64,000 bases of DNA. Source: Rhodoluna sp. Its GTDB lineage: Bacteria > Actinomycetota > Actinomycetes > Actinomycetales > Microbacteriaceae. How positions within the stretch are numbered: position 1 is the first letter of the stretch; each line of letters opens with the position of its first letter. Shown piece after piece: positions 31,006 through 40,074 of the stretch. Location: the NCBI GenBank assembly GCA_017983965.1, contig JAGOAI010000001.1:475-64474 (forward strand), written 5' to 3'. The translations under genes were made by a program, and so were the position numbers. Under the pieces are notes generated by a model. It did not search any database. It was not told the DNA's origin and saw only the letters and a program-made list of their open reading frames with translations.

Positions 31006-31837
31006 TTAGCAGCCTTTCGAGTGCAAGCGATGTGTTGGCTTCAATTTTCGCAAGCGCAATCTCGTCAGCCTTGGTTGGGCCGAGATTAACAATGACGATT
31101 GGTTTGTTAGTCTTGGCAGCGGCACGCGCAAAGCGCATTCCCGAATTTACAGTTAGCGATGTTCCCGCAATCAGAAGCGCCTCTGCGGCATCGAGTTTGC
31201 TCATGGCCAGCTCTGCTCTTTCGATTGGCACGCTCTCACCGAAGAAAACCACATCTGGCTTGAGAATTGCGCCACACGATGGGCAGTCAGGAATCTTGAA
31301 ATCGGCAGCGGCTTCAACCTCGGCGTCGCCATCAGGAGAAAACTCAATTTGCTGATCTTTTCTCACCGAGGGGTTCAACTCGCGAAGCAAGACATCCATG
31401 TCTGTTCGCTTGATTAGTTTCTTGCAGCCAACGCAGATTACGCGGTCGAGTCTGCCGTGAAGGTCGATGACACCCTTTGCGCCGGCCGCCTGGTGCAGTC
31501 CGTCTACGTTTTGAGTCACGATCTGCTCTACGCGACCATTGCGTTCGGCTGCCGCTAGCGCCTGGTGGCCCAAGTTCGGCCTAGCCTCAGCGATTCGACT
31601 CCAGCCGACATAACTACGTGCCCAATAGCGAATTCGAGCCTGCTGCGAGCCCATGAATACGTCAAAGGTCATCGGGTGGCGGGCAACGCGACCCTCGCCT
31701 CGGTAGTCGGGAATTCCAGAGTCTGTGCTGATGCCAGCGCCGGTGAGAACAAGTAGCTTTTTTCCGGCCAATTGACTGCGCGCAAAGTCGATTCCATATG
31801 CCGAGGCGGCACTCAGTGAATCGTCTTGGGTTGTCAT
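30998..31837 (-). CDS. Sir2-family NAD-dependent deacylase (class II, SIRT4-like)
   Basis: TGAGISTDSGIPDYRG, RYWARSYVGW, TQNVDGLH, two CxxC pairs, LKPDVVFFGE. Confidence 0.93.
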   Translation of the reverse strand: MTTQDDSLSAASAYGIDFARSQLAGKKLLVLTGAGISTDSGIPDYRGEGRVARHPMTFDVFMGSQQARIRYWARSYVGWSRIAEARPNLGHQALAAAERNGRVEQIVTQNVDGLHQAAGAKGVIDLHGRLDRVICVGCKKLIKRTDMDVLLRELNPSVRKDQQIEFSPDGDAEVEAAADFKIPDCPSCGAILKPDVVFFGESVPIERAELAMSKLDAAEALLIAGTSLTVNSGMRFARAAAKTNKPIVIVNLGPTKADEIALAKIEANTSLALERLLID

Positions 31838-31874
31838 CTAATCAAGTGTAAATCGCGAGCGGCGACTGATGGCT

Positions 31875-31916
31875 TAAACCAGAAACCCCGCATGTGGAGT
31901 GCGGGGTTTTGGTTTA
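31875..31916 (-). terminator. Terminator downstream of tRNA-Leu
   Basis: TAAACCAGAAACCCCGCA-TGTGGAG-TGCGGGGTTTTGGTTTA hairpin. Confidence 0.8.
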
Positions 31917-31932
31917 GCTGTCTCAAGCTACG

Positions 31933-32015
31933 TGTCCGAAATGGGACTTGAACCCACACCCCCCGAAGAGGACTAGCACCTCAAGCTAGCGCGTCTACCA
32001 TTCCGCCACCCGGAC
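31933..32015 (-). tRNA. tRNA-Leu (GAG); CCA not encoded
   Basis: Reverse complement GTCCGGGTGGCGGAATGGTAGACGCGCTAGCTT-GAG-GTGCTAG, long variable arm, GTGGGTTCAAGTCCCAT, TTCGGACA. Confidence 0.97.
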
Positions 32016-32126
32016 GAGTGATTGAGTTAGAAACTCGGCGACAAGAGACGATGTTACCACGAACAAACACGTCGAGCGAAGCCGAATATGTTAGCCAATT
32101 CGCATTTGTCGGGGTAGTTTTGGGCT

Positions 32127-32345
32127 ATGGCCAAGGAACCGAGAATTGCACTGCAGCAACTAATTGCAGCACTTGAACGACACTTCGAAGCGATGGCGAG
32201 CAAGCGCAGCGACGAAGACCCGGCAGTCGAGCACGCATATGAAGTGCTCAAGGATGCCTTTCTCGATTACGAAGAGGCCGTTGACGAGAAATATGAAGAG
32301 TGGCTTCCTTTTGAACTGGCCGACAATGAAGAAGAAGCTGATTGA
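32127..32345 (+). CDS. Small acidic conserved hypothetical protein upstream of uppP
   Basis: 72-aa helical acidic ORF overlapping the uppP start; TAGTTT -10 lies 6 nt upstream. Confidence 0.75.
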   Translation: MAKEPRIALQQLIAALERHFEAMASKRSDEDPAVEHAYEVLKDAFLDYEEAVDEKYEEWLPFELADNEEEAD

Positions 32346-33184
32346 ACATATTTGAAGCGGTAATTCTCGGACTGGTTCAAGGATTAACCGAGTTTCTGCC
32401 AATTTCATCTAGCGCGCACGTTCAGATTGCTTCACAGCTGCTTGGCATTGAAGCAATTCCTAAACCTCAACTAACGGCTTTTATTGCCACGATTCAACTC
32501 GGCACCGAAGCGGCCGTGCTCATTTATTTCTTCAAAGACATTGTGCGAATCGTCACCGCATGGCTGAAATCGATTGCACCAAAGCCACGACTCAGCGCAG
32601 AGCAGAAACAAGACGCCAAGATGGGCTGGCTGATCATCGTGGGCAGTTTGCCGGTGGTAGTTGTTGGCCTGTTATTCAAAGATGCAATCGAAACCCAGCT
32701 GCGCAGCCTTTGGGTCATTGCCATCATGCTCATCTTCTTCGGAATCGTTTTGGCAGTTGCAGATCGATTTGCGAAACAGCAAAAATCGATTCAGAAACTT
32801 TCTGTTCGTGACGGGTTGCTTTTCGGTGCAGCTCAGGCACTCGCCGTAATTCCAGGAGTCTCGCGATCGGGTGGCACCATCACCATGGGTCTTTTTCTCG
32901 GCTACAGCAGGCAAGCGGCAGCGAGATACAGTTTTCTGCTCGCCATTCCGGCTGTTATCGCAAGCGGACTATTCGAATTTGCTACGACCTTCGGTGACTT
33001 GAGTGCCGCCGATTTCGCGGCAACTGCTGTTGCCACCGCGGTTTCTTTCGCCGTTGGTTACTCGGTAATAGTTGCGTTGCTTCGCTATTTGAATCGCGGT
33101 TCGTTTATGCCGTTCATCATTTGGCGCATCGTGGTTGGATTAGCCATTTTGGTCATGCTTATGAACGGCGCGCTAGTCGCCTGA
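32342..33184 (+). CDS. uppP: Undecaprenyl-diphosphatase
   Basis: GLVQGLTEFLPISSSAH, IQLGT, PGVSRSGGTI, AARYSFLLAIP. Confidence 0.97.
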   Translation: MNIFEAVILGLVQGLTEFLPISSSAHVQIASQLLGIEAIPKPQLTAFIATIQLGTEAAVLIYFFKDIVRIVTAWLKSIAPKPRLSAEQKQDAKMGWLIIVGSLPVVVVGLLFKDAIETQLRSLWVIAIMLIFFGIVLAVADRFAKQQKSIQKLSVRDGLLFGAAQALAVIPGVSRSGGTITMGLFLGYSRQAAARYSFLLAIPAVIASGLFEFATTFGDLSAADFAATAVATAVSFAVGYSVIVALLRYLNRGSFMPFIIWRIVVGLAILVMLMNGALVA

Positions 33185-34036
33185 TTTGTTTTCGCCGTCT
33201 TCTTGAGCCAAGAATCGCTCAAATTCCAGTGCGAGCGACTCAGCGCTTCCTGCGCTCTCGTCGGCAGCATCGCGAGCCGATTCAAGTTGCGAAACATAAG
33301 ACGCTAGATCTTCATCACCCTCAGCCAACTCATCGATTCCACGCTCCCATGCAAAGGCGTCGGCGGCGAGAGTTCCGTGGGCAAATTGCAATCCGAGAAT
33401 TCGTTCGAGCTCCAGCAGCAGCGAGAACATCGCTTTCGGCGAAGGGGAGTTATGCACATAGTGAGGCACCGGGGCCCAGAGGGCGAGGGCTGGTATGCCT
33501 GCCTTTTCTAGCGCCATTGCCAAAATTGAAATGATGCCAACCGGCCCTTCATAGTCACTCGGCTCGATGCCAAGTTGCTGACGAATTTGAGCATTCTGGC
33601 TCGACTTAGAAATTTGGATCGGCCGCGTGTGCGGACTGTCAGAAGGCACGGCTCCAAGAAAGAGCACGCGATCGATCTCGCAATCTTCGACATACTCCAT
33701 AATTTCTGCACAAAAGGTTTTCCAGCGTCGAGCCGGTTCATTGCCGATCAGAAGAAAAATGTCTGCGAAACGAGGGTTTTCTTCGATCTTGTCTTTCGAT
33801 GCTCGCAAGATTTCAGCGCCCGGCCAAGAAATCTCTCGAGTGCCATCAACATCGCTTGTAACCGTGGGGCGCGAAAATACGAAGTCGTAATAGTCTTCTG
33901 GGTCGACAGCGCCAATAAGTTGCGCGTCGATTTCGGTCACGAGGTGGCGAAGCACACCGCTTGCACCTTCGGCAGCGTCATTCCAGCCCTCAAATGCCAC
34001 AATGAGCGTCTTGCCCTCAAAAAACGGGTTAGCCAC
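33173..34036 (-). CDS. PAC2 family protein (proteasome assembly chaperone-like)
   Basis: VAFEGWNDAA, DPEDYYDF, PHTRP, YEGPVGI, WAPVPHYV. Confidence 0.9.
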   Translation of the reverse strand: MANPFFEGKTLIVAFEGWNDAAEGASGVLRHLVTEIDAQLIGAVDPEDYYDFVFSRPTVTSDVDGTREISWPGAEILRASKDKIEENPRFADIFLLIGNEPARRWKTFCAEIMEYVEDCEIDRVLFLGAVPSDSPHTRPIQISKSSQNAQIRQQLGIEPSDYEGPVGIISILAMALEKAGIPALALWAPVPHYVHNSPSPKAMFSLLLELERILGLQFAHGTLAADAFAWERGIDELAEGDEDLASYVSQLESARDAADESAGSAESLALEFERFLAQEDGENKSGD

Positions 34037-34096
34037 TGACGAACTCCAATTCCCTCAACTAAAACCATAAGCGAACTGCAAAGGTAAAATTGCGGC

Positions 34097-34780
34097 ATGC
34101 CTAAACATCAGCCAGCCGCAGTGCTATGGGACATGGATGGCACCCTGATTGATTCAGAGCACTACTGGATGAACAGCGAACAGGAACTGGCAAAAAGCAC
34201 CGGAGCGCTCTGGACAGCCGAAGACGGCATGAGCCTAATTGGCATGAGCCTCTATGACAGCGCTCAAATCATCAAGCAAAAGATGGGGCTGCCTGAACAA
34301 CCCGAGCAAATCATCGAAAAGATGACCAATTCGGTCGTGAGTCAGTTGGTGCCACCGATGCCATGGCGACCGGGTGCCATCGAATTGCTTCACGAACTCA
34401 ACGGCCGCGGCATCAAGTGTGCTCTGGTGACCATGTCAATGCGTCGCATGGCGCTTGCCATAGCTGAGCGAGCAGGCGAGTCGGCATTTGATCTGGTCGT
34501 TGCTGGCGACGACGTAAAACACGGCAAACCACACCCAGAGGCCTATTTGAGGGCAGCCGAATTGCTCGGTGTCGACATCCGTGATTGCATTGCCTTTGAA
34601 GATTCGATCTCGGGGCTGCACTCGGCAGAAGCTTCTGGGGCAATTGCGATAGGCATTCCGAATATCGTGACGCTTGAACCAAAACCCGGCAGGCACATCT
34701 GGGAGACACTCGAAGGTGTCTCAGTTGATGACCTGAATGATTTCTACAGAGAGCAGCGTGCTGGCGATGACCGCAACTAA
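34097..34780 (+). CDS. HAD-superfamily phosphatase
   Basis: WDMDGTLIDSE, KPHPEAY, FEDS. Confidence 0.9.
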   Translation: MPKHQPAAVLWDMDGTLIDSEHYWMNSEQELAKSTGALWTAEDGMSLIGMSLYDSAQIIKQKMGLPEQPEQIIEKMTNSVVSQLVPPMPWRPGAIELLHELNGRGIKCALVTMSMRRMALAIAERAGESAFDLVVAGDDVKHGKPHPEAYLRAAELLGVDIRDCIAFEDSISGLHSAEASGAIAIGIPNIVTLEPKPGRHIWETLEGVSVDDLNDFYREQRAGDDRN

Positions 34781-35756
34781 AAACCTTCCGCGCGGAGTCT
34801 TTCGCATCGGCGATCGAGTGCAACTAACTGGTCCGAAAGGCAAACTCAACACCATAACCCTCGAAGCGGGTGGCAGTTTTGGCACGCATCGCGGTGAGTT
34901 GAGACACGACGACATCATTGGTCAACCAGAGGGTTCGGTAATCAAGAACCACAACGGCATTGAATATCTGGCGCTGCGCCCTTTGCTCACCGACTTTGTT
35001 CTCTCGATGCCACGTGGGGCAAACATCATCTATCCAAAAGACTCTGCGCTGATCGTCACCATGGGCGACATCTTTCCGGGTGCAAAAGTCGTCGAAGCCG
35101 GCGTTGGCTCTGGTGGGCTAAGCCTCTATCTGCTTAGAGCAATCGGTGAGCAGGGCAGCCTTGACTCGTTCGAACGACGAATCGAGTTTGCCGAAATCGC
35201 CAAGGCAAATGCGGTCAGCCAACTCGGATACGAGCCTAAAAACTGGAACATTCACATCGGCGACCTACAAGAACAGTTACCGAAGGTCGTCAAGACTCAT
35301 GATGCAGACCGTGTGGTGCTAGACATGCTTGCACCCTGGGAATGCGTCGAAGAATCGGCCGAAGCGCTGGTGCCAGGCGGTTTGATCATTGGCTACGTGG
35401 CAACGGTCACACAGCTGTCGCGTTTTACCGAGGCTGTTAGGGCTAGCGGGCAATTTGCCGAACCAGAAGCCTTCGAGACTTTGTTTAGAACTTGGCACCT
35501 GCAGGGTCTTGCCGTCAGACCTGATCACCGCATGATCGGTCACACCGGATTCCTGGTTACCGCAAGAAGGCTCGCACCCGGAACCGTGTTGCCTCGCTTC
35601 AAAGGCAAGCAAAAGCCCGAATTCAGCGATGAAGACTTGGCGGCTTGGAACCCAGACCACCTTGGCGAGCGAAGCGTAAGCGACAAAAAGCTTAGAAAAA
35701 CAGTGCGAAACGCCACCGCGACCGCCCAAGCCCGACTTGACCAAGAATCTAATTAG
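34767..35756 (+). CDS. trmI: tRNA (adenine58-N1)-methyltransferase
   Basis: MPRGANIIYPKD, EAGVGSGGLS, LDMLAPW, AVRPDHRMIGHTGFL. Confidence 0.95.
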   Translation: MTATKNLPRGVFRIGDRVQLTGPKGKLNTITLEAGGSFGTHRGELRHDDIIGQPEGSVIKNHNGIEYLALRPLLTDFVLSMPRGANIIYPKDSALIVTMGDIFPGAKVVEAGVGSGGLSLYLLRAIGEQGSLDSFERRIEFAEIAKANAVSQLGYEPKNWNIHIGDLQEQLPKVVKTHDADRVVLDMLAPWECVEESAEALVPGGLIIGYVATVTQLSRFTEAVRASGQFAEPEAFETLFRTWHLQGLAVRPDHRMIGHTGFLVTARRLAPGTVLPRFKGKQKPEFSDEDLAAWNPDHLGERSVSDKKLRKTVRNATATAQARLDQESN

Positions 35757-35795
35757 CGACCATAAACTGGTCTAATTCCGAACGAAAGTAACCAA

Positions 35796-36776
35796 TTGCG
35801 CAAACTAATTGCCGTGGCCGTCATTGCACTAACCACCTCTATCTCGGGTTGTGCTGCTGCGCCAAGCAAACTCGAAGAAGACGCCGCCAGCCTTCCTCAA
35901 GTTTGCGCTGAATACACCTCAGGCAAATCGGTTGTGAAAGTTAGTGCATCTGGTGAGTTCGGCACCAAGCCATCCGTGACTTTCAAGGCACCGCTCAGTT
36001 CAGAGCTGCTTGAAACAGCGGTACTTTCTGAAGGTGATGGCCCGGTATTCAAGGGTGGCTCGCAGGTTAAGTTTGAATACACCGCCTTCAACGCGGCCAC
36101 TGGCAAAGAGTTTGCAGCTTCGAAGTACGACGGCAGCGATGCTGTAGCCCAGTTCTTTACAAGCGGTCAGAAACTCGATTTTTGTCACGCACTCTCGGGC
36201 GTCAAAGAGGGCTCACGCGTTGCCATACTGATTCCTGCAAAATTGGCTCACGATGGTGTCGGCGATGAGGCCAATGGAATCGCACCAACCGACAATTTGC
36301 TTTTCGTAATTGACCTGCAGAGGGTCTACCTTCCTCGCGCAGTTGGCGAGAAGCAGCCTGCGCCGAGTGGAATGCCAACCGTGGTGCTAGCGACAAACGG
36401 ACAACCAGGTGTTCAGATGCCAAAGGCCCAAGCGCCTGCAGAATTTAACCTGTTTTCGCTCATTCAAGGGCACGGCGAAACAGTTGCTATTGGCGACACC
36501 GTGACACTGCACTACAGCGGTTTTGTCTGGGATTCAGGCGAACAATTTGATTCGTCGTGGACCAACGGAGCGCCGGTTCAGTGGCAACTAACCGAGACTG
36601 GCTTCATCAAGGGCTTCGTCAAGGCCTTAGACGGTGCCGTTGTTGGCTCGCAAATCATGGCCGTGATTCCTCCAAGTGAGGGTTACGGAGATCAAGCCCA
36701 GAGCACCATTCCGGCTGGCTCGACTCTTGTCTTTATCATTGACATTCTTGGCGTAGACAAAGTCACAACTAATTAG
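35796..36776 (+). CDS. Double-domain FKBP-type peptidyl-prolyl isomerase, lipoprotein
   Basis: Lipobox ISGC; two FKBP domains (HYSG, FDSSW, IPPSEGYG, IPAGSTLVFIIDIL). Confidence 0.9.
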   Translation: MRKLIAVAVIALTTSISGCAAAPSKLEEDAASLPQVCAEYTSGKSVVKVSASGEFGTKPSVTFKAPLSSELLETAVLSEGDGPVFKGGSQVKFEYTAFNAATGKEFAASKYDGSDAVAQFFTSGQKLDFCHALSGVKEGSRVAILIPAKLAHDGVGDEANGIAPTDNLLFVIDLQRVYLPRAVGEKQPAPSGMPTVVLATNGQPGVQMPKAQAPAEFNLFSLIQGHGETVAIGDTVTLHYSGFVWDSGEQFDSSWTNGAPVQWQLTETGFIKGFVKALDGAVVGSQIMAVIPPSEGYGDQAQSTIPAGSTLVFIIDILGVDKVTTN

Positions 36777-36786
36777 CGGGGTCACA

Positions 36787-37788
36787 ATGGCAAACAATGG
36801 GGGATACCAGCGAGACAGGTCAGATGCGGCTGAACGTCTGCTCAACTTGACCCTGGCGCTGATTTCAACCTCTGTTGGACTCACCAAGCAAGAGCTTTAT
36901 CTCGCGATTCGTGACTATCGAAACGATTTGCAAAACGGAATCTCTCTTTCGTCACTCGAGAAAAAATTCGAGAGAGACAAAAACGATCTGCGCGCAAGTG
37001 GAATCATCATTGAAACTTTTACTCACGACGCAGATATGGATGACAACCAACAGACGCGCTATTTGATTAGCCCTACTGGCTTTCAGTGGCCTAAAGGCGT
37101 TGAACTAACCGCAAAGCAACTTCAACTGTTGCAACTTGCCTCAACCGTCTGGCGTCAGGCTGCACTTTCGAGTGACGCAGCCAAAGGCCTAGACCGTTTG
37201 CGCGCGCTTGGGTCAGTTTCGCCGACGTCAGACCTGATCGGTTTCGCGCCAAGAATTAAGACTCACGATTTCGCCTTTGTTCCGCTGACTAACGCGGTAG
37301 CCGAGCGCCAAGCCGTGACTTTCGAATATCGCAAGGCGGGGCAGTCAAAGGCAGAAACAAGAAATCTGCAACCGTGGAAAATTTCGCACATTGAAGGTCA
37401 GTGGATCGTTCAGGGCTGGGACATCGATGCCAAAGACTACCGAAACTTCTTGCTAAAGAGAATCGTTTCGAACATCAAGGTGCTTCCGGAGTCATTTGAG
37501 GCACCGTCTGAAAATCAGGTTTCTGAACTTCAAAGACTTCTCGACGAACACATTGCTTCAAACGTTGCCAAGTTGCGAATCAAGCGAAACACCATGGCCT
37601 GGTTTCACTTTGACCTGCCAACGGTTGGCACAAGCGAAGACGAAGAGTTCGAACTTCAATACATGGATGTCTGGCTGCTCGCAGACGAACTGCGCGACTA
37701 CGCTGGCGATCTGACCGTCATCGAACCGAAAGAACTCGACGAAGCCATCAGACACGGATACGAAAAGGTGGCAGCTGACCATGCCTAG
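36787..37788 (+). CDS. pafB: WYL-domain transcriptional activator subunit PafB
   Basis: ERLLNLTLAL and KFERDKNDLR winged HTH, WYL-like WIVQGWD/RNFLLKRI, WCX domain; paired with pafC before tatA. Confidence 0.88.
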   Translation: MANNGGYQRDRSDAAERLLNLTLALISTSVGLTKQELYLAIRDYRNDLQNGISLSSLEKKFERDKNDLRASGIIIETFTHDADMDDNQQTRYLISPTGFQWPKGVELTAKQLQLLQLASTVWRQAALSSDAAKGLDRLRALGSVSPTSDLIGFAPRIKTHDFAFVPLTNAVAERQAVTFEYRKAGQSKAETRNLQPWKISHIEGQWIVQGWDIDAKDYRNFLLKRIVSNIKVLPESFEAPSENQVSELQRLLDEHIASNVAKLRIKRNTMAWFHFDLPTVGTSEDEEFELQYMDVWLLADELRDYAGDLTVIEPKELDEAIRHGYEKVAADHA

Positions 37789-38770
37789 AGGACAACGCCC
37801 AACCGGTCGCGACCGCTACAACTTCTTGTTGCCGTTCATCGGCTACATAATGCAAAACGAACCAGTCGAGGTAGCTCAAGCCGCGAAACACTTTGACGTC
37901 GATGAGCAAGTTATTCTCGACGCAATTTCAACTTTGACCGTGACCGCAACCTGGCGCAACAACGATTACGAACAGACCTATTACAACTTTCACCCAGAAG
38001 AGCTAGAACAGGGAATCATTTCGTTGCAAGAGCGCAACGGAATAGATTCGGCACCAAGGCTCTCAGCTCGTCAGGCGGCGGCGTTGGCAACAGGGCTTTC
38101 GATTTTGTCGACATTGCCTGAATTTTCTAGCCAGACTGAGATTCAAGAACTGCTAGACATCATCGCAAAGGGAAGCACCCTCGGCGCACCAAAGGTGATT
38201 GATTTTCGGCCAGGCACCGTTGATGCCGACGCCGCGGTTATTCGAAGCGCGATGCTCAATGGGCACCGCATCAGTTGCGAATACATCAACAATCGCCAAG
38301 AACACAGTGAGCGCGAGATCGACCCAATTCGTCTTGACCCACGCGGTGACGTTTGGTTCTTGCGCGGCTATTGCCTGAAGAACAAAGAGCTTCGCTCGTT
38401 TCGTCTAGACCAAATGCGCAAGGCGGTCGAACTTGACGTCGAGATTTGCGATGAAGCAAAAGAGATTCAAATCACCGATGATGCTGACTACATTGCAAAT
38501 GAGACCGATGTCGAGGTAATCATCGAAGTTGACCCTGAAGCATATTCGATGCTCGGTGACTTTTCTGCAGAAATTCTGCGACGCGATGAGAAGACCAATC
38601 GCACGACCGCCGCAATCAAGGTTGGCTACCTGCCTTACCTTGGCAAGGTGCTTGCTCACTACGGCGGTTCGGCACGCGTTCTCGAGCCTGAGTCTGCCAG
38701 ACAAGTGGTGCGCGAATATGCACTAACCGCTTTGGGCAAGCCACTAGACACCCTGCCAAAAGACGACTGA
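37781..38770 (+). CDS. pafC: WYL-domain transcriptional activator subunit PafC
   Basis: N-terminal HTH, REIDPIRL, WFLRGYC, RSFRLDQM, ARVLEPES; overlaps pafB. Confidence 0.88.
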   Translation: MPRGQRPTGRDRYNFLLPFIGYIMQNEPVEVAQAAKHFDVDEQVILDAISTLTVTATWRNNDYEQTYYNFHPEELEQGIISLQERNGIDSAPRLSARQAAALATGLSILSTLPEFSSQTEIQELLDIIAKGSTLGAPKVIDFRPGTVDADAAVIRSAMLNGHRISCEYINNRQEHSEREIDPIRLDPRGDVWFLRGYCLKNKELRSFRLDQMRKAVELDVEICDEAKEIQITDDADYIANETDVEVIIEVDPEAYSMLGDFSAEILRRDEKTNRTTAAIKVGYLPYLGKVLAHYGGSARVLEPESARQVVREYALTALGKPLDTLPKDD

Positions 38771-39114
38771 TGCCACCTTGGGCTTGGGTTCTGATCTGGG
38801 TAGGTCTTTCAATTGCGTCACTCGCGTATTTTGCTTGGATAGCCGCTGGCCTCATGAGGCAAACCAAGCGGTTGTTGCGACAACTCGAACCAACAATCGC
38901 CCAGCTTGTGACTCTTTCTGAGGCCATGCAACCGCAGGCCGACTACCAACCAAGCCCGAACAACCTGCTTGACGACCCAGCCGAGCACGTTGCCAACTAC
39001 GCAAAGTTGAGAAAGGCTAAGGCAGACAAGGCCGCCAAACGACAGCGTAGGCTTATAAACAAGTTAATCGACTTCAAACCCGAAGAAAGCGAGATCAACA
39101 ATGGCCGGACTTAA
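38770..39114 (+). CDS. Single-pass membrane hypothetical protein upstream of tatA
   Basis: N-terminal TM plus basic amphipathic helix; coupled to pafC and overlapping tatA. Confidence 0.75.
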   Translation: MPPWAWVLIWVGLSIASLAYFAWIAAGLMRQTKRLLRQLEPTIAQLVTLSEAMQPQADYQPSPNNLLDDPAEHVANYAKLRKAKADKAAKRQRRLINKLIDFKPEESEINNGRT

Positions 39115-39298
39115 AGGTTGGGAATGGATCATCATTCTTGCTATCGTCTTGCTGCTGTGGGGAGCCCCAAAACTTCCTGGACTAGCAAAGAGCCTCGGTG
39201 AATCGATTCGAGTCTTTCGCAAAGAAATGAAACCTGGCGAAGGCAAGAAAGACGCAGCCAAGACTGCCGACAAGGGCGACACGCCTGCTGACAAGTAG
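39101..39298 (+). CDS. tatA: Twin-arginine translocase subunit TatA
   Basis: WEWIIILAIVLLLWGAPKLPGLAKSLGESIRVFRKEM. Confidence 0.95.
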   Translation: MAGLKGWEWIIILAIVLLLWGAPKLPGLAKSLGESIRVFRKEMKPGEGKKDAAKTADKGDTPADK

Positions 39299-40074
39299 TG
39301 GCATCGCGCAAAAACCCTGAACGCAAGATGTCGTTCAGGTCTCATCTAACCGAACTTCGAAAGCGACTTTTCTGGTCTGCGTTGTTCATCGTGGCCGGGG
39401 CCGTTGGCGGTTGGTTTCTGTTCGACCCAGTCTTCGCTCTGCTGCAACAACCGGTCTTAGACCTCGCCAAAGACGAAGGCCTAAACGCATCGGTGAACTT
39501 TGGCACCGTCATCGGGGCATTCGACTTGCGCATGCAAGTTTCAATCTTTCTCGGAGTCTTCGTGTCTAGCCCTATCTGGCTCTATCAACTCTGGGCATTC
39601 ATCACTCCAGCGCTAAAGCGTCGCGAGAAGAAATACACGCTTGCGTTTCTGTTCACCGCGGTACCGCTATTTCTTGGCGGCTGCGCTTTCGCTTGGGTTT
39701 CTTTTCCTACTTTCGTTAGAACCCTGCTCGGCTTTACCCCCGAGGGCAGCGCAAACGTAATCAACGCAAATGAATATGTTCTATTCGCCTTGCGAATTCT
39801 CTTGGTATTCGGAATCACCTTTGTAATGCCGGTGGTTCTGGTGCTACTCAATTTCATCGGGGCTCTTTCGGCAAAGAGCATCATCAAGTCTTGGCGAGTT
39901 GCCATTCTGGTTATCGCATTGGTTGCCGCCTTGGCAACGCCCACTGCAGACCCGATGTCGATGCTTCTCGTGATGCTGCCGCTCATTTTGTTTTACATCA
40001 TTGCTGCGTTGATCGCCTGGTTGCACGATCGCACCAAAGCCCGACGCCTCAGCAAAATCGTTGCTGATATCTAG
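39298..40074 (+). CDS. tatC: Twin-arginine translocase subunit TatC
   Basis: HLTELRKRL, PIWLYQLWAFITPAL, TPTADPMSM. Confidence 0.96.
   Translation: MASRKNPERKMSFRSHLTELRKRLFWSALFIVAGAVGGWFLFDPVFALLQQPVLDLAKDEGLNASVNFGTVIGAFDLRMQVSIFLGVFVSSPIWLYQLWAFITPALKRREKKYTLAFLFTAVPLFLGGCAFAWVSFPTFVRTLLGFTPEGSANVINANEYVLFALRILLVFGITFVMPVVLVLLNFIGALSAKSIIKSWRVAILVIALVAALATPTADPMSMLLVMLPLILFYIIAALIAWLHDRTKARRLSKIVADI

Noticed and set aside
31845-31867. PafBC-like motif upstream of the sirtuin (AGTCGC-N11-TACACT)
   Set aside because: Two mismatches and the spacing is off by one; too weak to call.
31933-32015. Two adjacent G-U pairs at the base of the tRNA acceptor stem, suggesting a pseudo-tRNA
   Set aside because: All other arms are canonical and a terminator follows; G-U pairs are tolerated.
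31860-32126. tRNA-Leu as an integration site
   Set aside because: No integrase, no duplicated tRNA 3' end, and core-type genes on both flanks.
32107-32128. Exact TGTCGG hexamer before the 32127 ORF
   Set aside because: It is only 2 nt from the likely -10 (TAGTTT); at N10 spacing the sequence is GGCTAT, so the geometry is not PafBC-type.
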